Source: Acidimicrobiales bacterium
GTDB lineage: Bacteria > Actinomycetota > Acidimicrobiia > Acidimicrobiales > Salinilacustritrichaceae
Direction of reading: 5' to 3'
Length of the DNA stretch: 64,000 nucleotides
Assembly: GCA_038255425.1 (NCBI GenBank)
Contig: JBBSLH010000001.1
Span: 7-64,006, forward strand
Below the pieces are notes generated by a model, which saw nothing but the letters and a program-made list of their open reading frames with translations, did not search any database and was not told the DNA's origin. This document shows, one piece after another, positions 60,320-64,000 of the stretch (positions within the stretch are counted from its first letter, which is position 1; the number at the start of each line of letters is the position of its first letter). Position numbers and translations under genes: made by a program.

Positions 60320-60555
60320 GCTCCCACCTTCGCCACTCGCCCTCCGCACCACTTGACACCCCATATTGCGCCGCCAACTGCGGACACTGGCACGCGGACC
60401 GCGCTGCCGCAAGGCGTTCATCGACGATTGCGCCAGAAACTCATCGAATCCCACGCTTCGAGCGGACGGCACTACGGGGCGACGTGAAACCGGGGATGCG
60501 ACCGTCGGTGGTGCGGGTTCGAGGGCAGCGTGTCGATAGGTTGTTCAACCGTCCA

Positions 60556-60630
<75 letters not shown>

Positions 60631-60744
60631 TCGTCGACAGCGTCGTCGTCCATCGAGACCACTCGCGTTGCCGAGTGGACACGAGACGGGATGCGTCTCC
60701 GGTAGGCGTTGGGAGGCGAACCACCCGGTGTAGGTTCGCCGCCG

Positions 60745-61461
60745 ATGCTCCGCCGCATCATCCTCCTCGCTGTCATCTCGCTCGGCCTCGCGTCGTGTTC
60801 GTTGCCGTCCTTCGGCGCTCCGGATCCAGCAACCGAACAGGGACGTGAGGTCTTCGACCTCTATCGCTGGTTCGCCGCTGCGGCCACAGGCGTCGGCGTC
60901 TTCGTCACGATCCTTCTCGTCTACGTGGTGATCCGGTTCCGGCGGCGATCGGACGAGATCCCGAGCCAGAAGCCGTACAACGTTCCCATCGAGATCGTCT
61001 ACACCGCGATCCCGTTGGTCATCGTGAGTGTGCTGTTCGTGTTCAGTGTGCGCACCGAGGACAAGGTCAGCGCCGAGACCGACGAACCCGACCTCGTGGT
61101 CGACGTGACCGGCTTCCAGTGGCAGTGGCAGTTCAGCTACTTCGACGGCACGGTCATCGAGACCGGAGGACCCGAGGGCGGCATCCCCGAGCTCGTGCTG
61201 CCCGTCGACCAGACCACGCGGCTGGATCTGCGAACCACCGACGTCATCCACTCGTTCTGGGTGCCCGACTTCCTCGTGAAGCGCGACATGATCCCCGGCG
61301 TCGACAACGCCATCGACGTCACGCCGACCGAGGTCGGCACGTTCGATGGCGTCTGCGCTGAATACTGCGGACTCGACCACGGCAGGATGCGTTTCTCGGT
61401 GCGGGTCCTGTCGTCCGACGATTGGCAGACCTGGTTGGAAGAGAACGTGGGAACGCTGTGA
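60745..61461 (+). CDS. ctaC: Cytochrome c oxidase subunit II
   Basis: Lipoprotein-type signal (LAS|C), two TM helices, [17 protein letters not shown] and the CuA motif [12 protein letters not shown]. Start set at ATG 60745. Confidence 0.95.
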   Translation: MLRRIILLAVISLGLASCSLPSFGAPDPATEQGREVFDLYRWFAAAATGVGVFVTILLVYVVIRFRRRSDEIPSQKPYNVPIEIVYTAIPLVIVSVLFVFSVRTEDKVSAETDEPDLVVDVTGFQWQWQFSYFDGTVIETGGPEGGIPELVLPVDQTTRLDLRTTDVIHSFWVPDFLVKRDMIPGVDNAIDVTPTEVGTFDGVCAEYCGLDHGRMRFSVRVLSSDDWQTWLEENVGTL

Positions 61462-63113
61462 CCGTCCTCGACGATCGACCCGTCGACAGCACGCCGCCTG
61501 ACCGGCCGCACCGCGAGGCCACCGGTCTCCTCGCGTTCCTCACCACGACCGACCACAAGCGCATCGGCATCGCCTACATGGTGACGGCGTTCGCCTTCTA
61601 TCTCGTCGGCGGATCGCTGGCACTGGTGATCCGAACCGAACTCGCGGAGCCCGGCCAACAGGTGGTCGGCAACGCCACCTACAACGAACTGTTCACGATG
61701 CACGGCAGCATCATGCTGTTCCTCTTCATCGGACCGTTCGCGTTCGGACTGGCCAACTACTTCGTGCCCATCCACATCGGCGCGCGCGACATGGCGTTCC
61801 CTCGGCTCAACGCGCTGAGCTACTGGTTCTTCCTCTTCGGCGGCCTGACGATGGTGTCGGGGTTCCTCACCGCCGACGGCGCTGCCGACTTCGGATGGAC
61901 GGGCTACTCGCCACTCTCGTCGGTGATCCGCTCCCCCGGCGTCGGTGGCGACCTCTGGATCATCGCCCTCGTCCTGACCGGCCTGTCCGGCGTGCTCACC
62001 GCGGTCAACGTCGTCGCGACGGTTCTCACGATGCGCGCGCCTGGCATGACCATGTTCCGCATGCCGATCTTCACCTGGAACATGTTGGTCACCAGCATCC
62101 TCGTGCTCATCGCGTTCCCGATGCTCACGGCCGCCGCCGCCATGCTCTTCGCCGACCGTCATCTCGGGGCTCACATCTTCGACATCGCCAACGGCGGTCA
62201 ACCGATCCTGTGGCAGCACCTGTTCTGGTTCTTCGGCCACCCCGAGGTCTACATCGTCGTCCTCCCGTACTTCGGAGTGATCACCGAGATCCTCCCGGTG
62301 CATGCCCGCCGCCCGGTCTTCGGGTACGCCGGCCTCGTCTTCGCGACCATCGCCATCGCTGCGCTGTCGGTCGGCGTGTGGGCCCACCACATGTTCGTGA
62401 CCGGCGCGATCAGCCTCCCGTTCTTCACCGCGTTCTCGATGCTCATCGCGGTGCCGACCGGCGTGAAGATCTTCAACTGGATCGGGACGTTGTGGGGAGG
62501 ACAGATCGTCTTCCCCACTCCCATGCTCTTCGCGGTCGGATTCATCTTCACGTTCCTGCTCGGTGGCCTGACCGGCGTGCTGCTCGCCACGGCGCCCATC
62601 GACTTCGCGGTGACCGACACGTACTTCGTCGTGGCGCACATGCACTACGTGCTCTTCGGTGGATCGGTCTTCGCGCTCTTCGCCGGCGTCTACCACTGGT
62701 TCCCCAAGGTCACCGGACGGATGCTCGGCGAGGGACTCGGCAAGATCCATTTCTGGATGACGTTCGTCGGCTTCCATCTCACGTTCGCCATCCAGCACGT
62801 CCTCGGCCTCGAGGGCATGCCTCGCCGAGTGCCCGACTACCTCGACGCCTATGGCTTCGACTGGATGAACCTCGTCTCGTCGATCGGTGCCGGCATCCTC
62901 GGTGCGTCGACCCTCCCGTTCCTCTGGAACGCGTGGCGGTCGTGGCGACACGGCGATCTCGCAGGCGACGACCCGTGGGGCGGGCACACCCTCGAGTGGG
63001 CAACGTCGTCTCCCCCACCGACCGCCAACTTCGACGGATCCCTGCCGCCCATCCGGTCCAACCGACCGGTGTGGGACCAGAACCATCCCGATCTCGTCGT
63101 CGAGAGCCACTGA
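61458..63113 (+). CDS. ctaD: Cytochrome c oxidase subunit I (A1-type heme-copper oxidase)
   Basis: [43 protein letters not shown] and GMPRR motifs. GTG 61458 overlaps the ctaC stop as GTGA. Confidence 0.97.
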   Translation: MTVLDDRPVDSTPPDRPHREATGLLAFLTTTDHKRIGIAYMVTAFAFYLVGGSLALVIRTELAEPGQQVVGNATYNELFTMHGSIMLFLFIGPFAFGLANYFVPIHIGARDMAFPRLNALSYWFFLFGGLTMVSGFLTADGAADFGWTGYSPLSSVIRSPGVGGDLWIIALVLTGLSGVLTAVNVVATVLTMRAPGMTMFRMPIFTWNMLVTSILVLIAFPMLTAAAAMLFADRHLGAHIFDIANGGQPILWQHLFWFFGHPEVYIVVLPYFGVITEILPVHARRPVFGYAGLVFATIAIAALSVGVWAHHMFVTGAISLPFFTAFSMLIAVPTGVKIFNWIGTLWGGQIVFPTPMLFAVGFIFTFLLGGLTGVLLATAPIDFAVTDTYFVVAHMHYVLFGGSVFALFAGVYHWFPKVTGRMLGEGLGKIHFWMTFVGFHLTFAIQHVLGLEGMPRRVPDYLDAYGFDWMNLVSSIGAGILGASTLPFLWNAWRSWRHGDLAGDDPWGGHTLEWATSSPPPTANFDGSLPPIRSNRPVWDQNHPDLVVESH

Positions 63114-63508
63114 TGACGCTCGAGATCCGATCGTCCGACGACCGCCAGGTCACGATCCAGAGTCGAATCTTCCTCGGCATCGGTGCCGCCGTGGCGATCA
63201 TGGCGGCGATCTACGCCCGCGCTTCCTATGAAGAGGCCGGCACCGTGATGCTCGCCCTCGCCGCGTGCCTGTCTCTCGTGTGCGGCACGTACCTCTGGTT
63301 CCAGACGCGAGGCACTGCGCACGACGACCCGCTCACCGACGACGGCATGTACCTGCCCCACTCGAGCATCTGGCCGTTCTGGATCGGCGTCGCCGCGTTC
63401 CTCATGACCAACGGCCTCGTCCTCGGCATCTGGTTCCTCGTGCCCGGGGCGCTCCTGATGGTCGGTGGCCTCGTCGGGTTCATCCGTCAATCCCGTGCGC
63501 GGAGCTAG
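63113..63508 (+). CDS. ctaF: Cytochrome c oxidase subunit IV (actinobacterial CtaF type)
   Basis: ATG 63113 overlaps the ctaD stop. The 131-aa membrane protein carries YEEAGTVML and PHSSIWP. The track's upstream extension is a shadow of ctaD. Confidence 0.85.
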   Translation: MTLEIRSSDDRQVTIQSRIFLGIGAAVAIMAAIYARASYEEAGTVMLALAACLSLVCGTYLWFQTRGTAHDDPLTDDGMYLPHSSIWPFWIGVAAFLMTNGLVLGIWFLVPGALLMVGGLVGFIRQSRARS

Positions 63509-63524
63509 GCATCCCGAGCCCGCT

Positions 63525-63594
63525 CCCGACCGGATCTTGCGTGGCTTTCCGTCAGGGGGTCGCCACAACTCTCGCGAGATCCGGTTTGGTCGGG
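63525..63594. terminator. Large hairpin between convergent ctaF and qcrB (bidirectional terminator or REP-like element)
   Basis: ACCGGATCTTGCG (63529-63541) pairs with CGCGAGATCCGGT (63573-63585) with one G-U pair, and GTGGC/GCCAC pair inside. No U-tract. Confidence 0.55.
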
Positions 63595-64000
63595 TCAGGG
63601 GCTGCCTCGGCGGAGGCGGCCGGTGATCTGGCCGAAGGTGACGCGTGATCGAAGCGGGAGTCCGTCGCGACGACTCAACTCGACGCACAGTCGATACGTG
63701 ACGTAGCCGAACACCGGTGGCACGCCGAGCGCGGCGAAGCGGAACGACCAGAGCACCGCGTTGACCGACAACCCGAACGTCGTGGCGATGATGTCGGCCG
63801 CGCCACCGAGGAACATCACGATGTAGAAGCCGAGGGCGGCGACGCCCAGGGCAGTCCGGACCGGTCGCTGTCTCGGGCGGTCGGCGAGGTGGTGCTCGGC
63901 ATGGTCGCCGGTGACGCGCGCCTCGAGGAACGGCCACGCATAGAGCAGACCGAAGGTGACGCCCGCGAGCAGGACCGCAGGGAAGAACGGGTTGGGGATC
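63595..64000 (-). CDS. qcrB: Cytochrome bc1 (bcc) complex cytochrome b subunit, C-terminal part (runs off the window)
   Basis: IPNPFFPAVLL...YAWPFLEARVTGDHAEHHLADRPRQRPVRTALG...GGAADII...LCVEL matches the actinobacterial QcrB C-terminus. Confidence 0.88.
   Translation of the reverse strand, partial: IPNPFFPAVLLAGVTFGLLYAWPFLEARVTGDHAEHHLADRPRQRPVRTALGVAALGFYIVMFLGGAADIIATTFGLSVNAVLWSFRFAALGVPPVFGYVTYRLCVELSRRDGLPLRSRVTFGQITGRLRRGSP

Noticed and set aside
15512-60319. Giant ORF as an NRPS/PKS, or as an RHS/CDI polymorphic toxin
   Set aside because: No adenylation, condensation or KS motifs, no YD repeats or RHS core, no VENN or Hint motif, and no small immunity-like gene downstream.
60353-60358. 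Perfect TTGACA on the + strand
   Set aside because: No TAnnnT at 16-19 nt spacing, and it is about 200 nt from the tRNA, so it is not supportable as a promoter.
60320-60472. First 51 codons of the 14,986-aa ORF
   Set aside because: GTG 60319 has an SD-like sequence and yields a clean signal peptide. The upstream part is probably promoter/UTR, though ATG 60364 cannot be fully excluded.

Overview
High-GC actinobacterial chromosome segment. Lineage is inferred from CtaF, an actinobacterial-type QcrB, mreBCD and a tRNA without encoded CCA, and is possibly Acidimicrobiia. The left 14 kb is housekeeping on the minus strand: tig-clpP-clpX-folC-ndk, mreB-mreC-mreD-mrdA-rodA, and a partial TIGR03960-type radical SAM gene. 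A GH36 alpha-galactosidase lies in the opposite orientation between rodA and the radical SAM gene. The right end holds tRNA-Pro(TGG), ctaC-ctaD-ctaF and the 3' end of a convergent qcrB. About 70% of the window is one uninterrupted 44.8-kb minus-strand ORF (about 14,935 aa from the likely GTG start at 60319), a giant secreted and probably surface-anchored protein. From N to C it has a Sec signal, a metzincin HExxHxxGxxH domain, a beta-solenoid-like region and a ZU5-like domain ending in a candidate autoproteolytic HF|S motif. About 6,000 aa of an unassigned 'INT..LPAGPYxR' beta-repeat follow, with two FG-GAP propellers plugged into its hairpins. Then come eight Ig-like repeats, an RTX-like Ca-binding zone, two ConA-like sandwiches, four Calx-beta domains, a second homologous metzincin domain, and a DAPTG-TM-RRR tail. 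A beta-helix lipoprotein gene starts 9 nt downstream. This two-gene block is the best candidate for an undescribed system. All domain calls are by-eye motif recognition, not database results.
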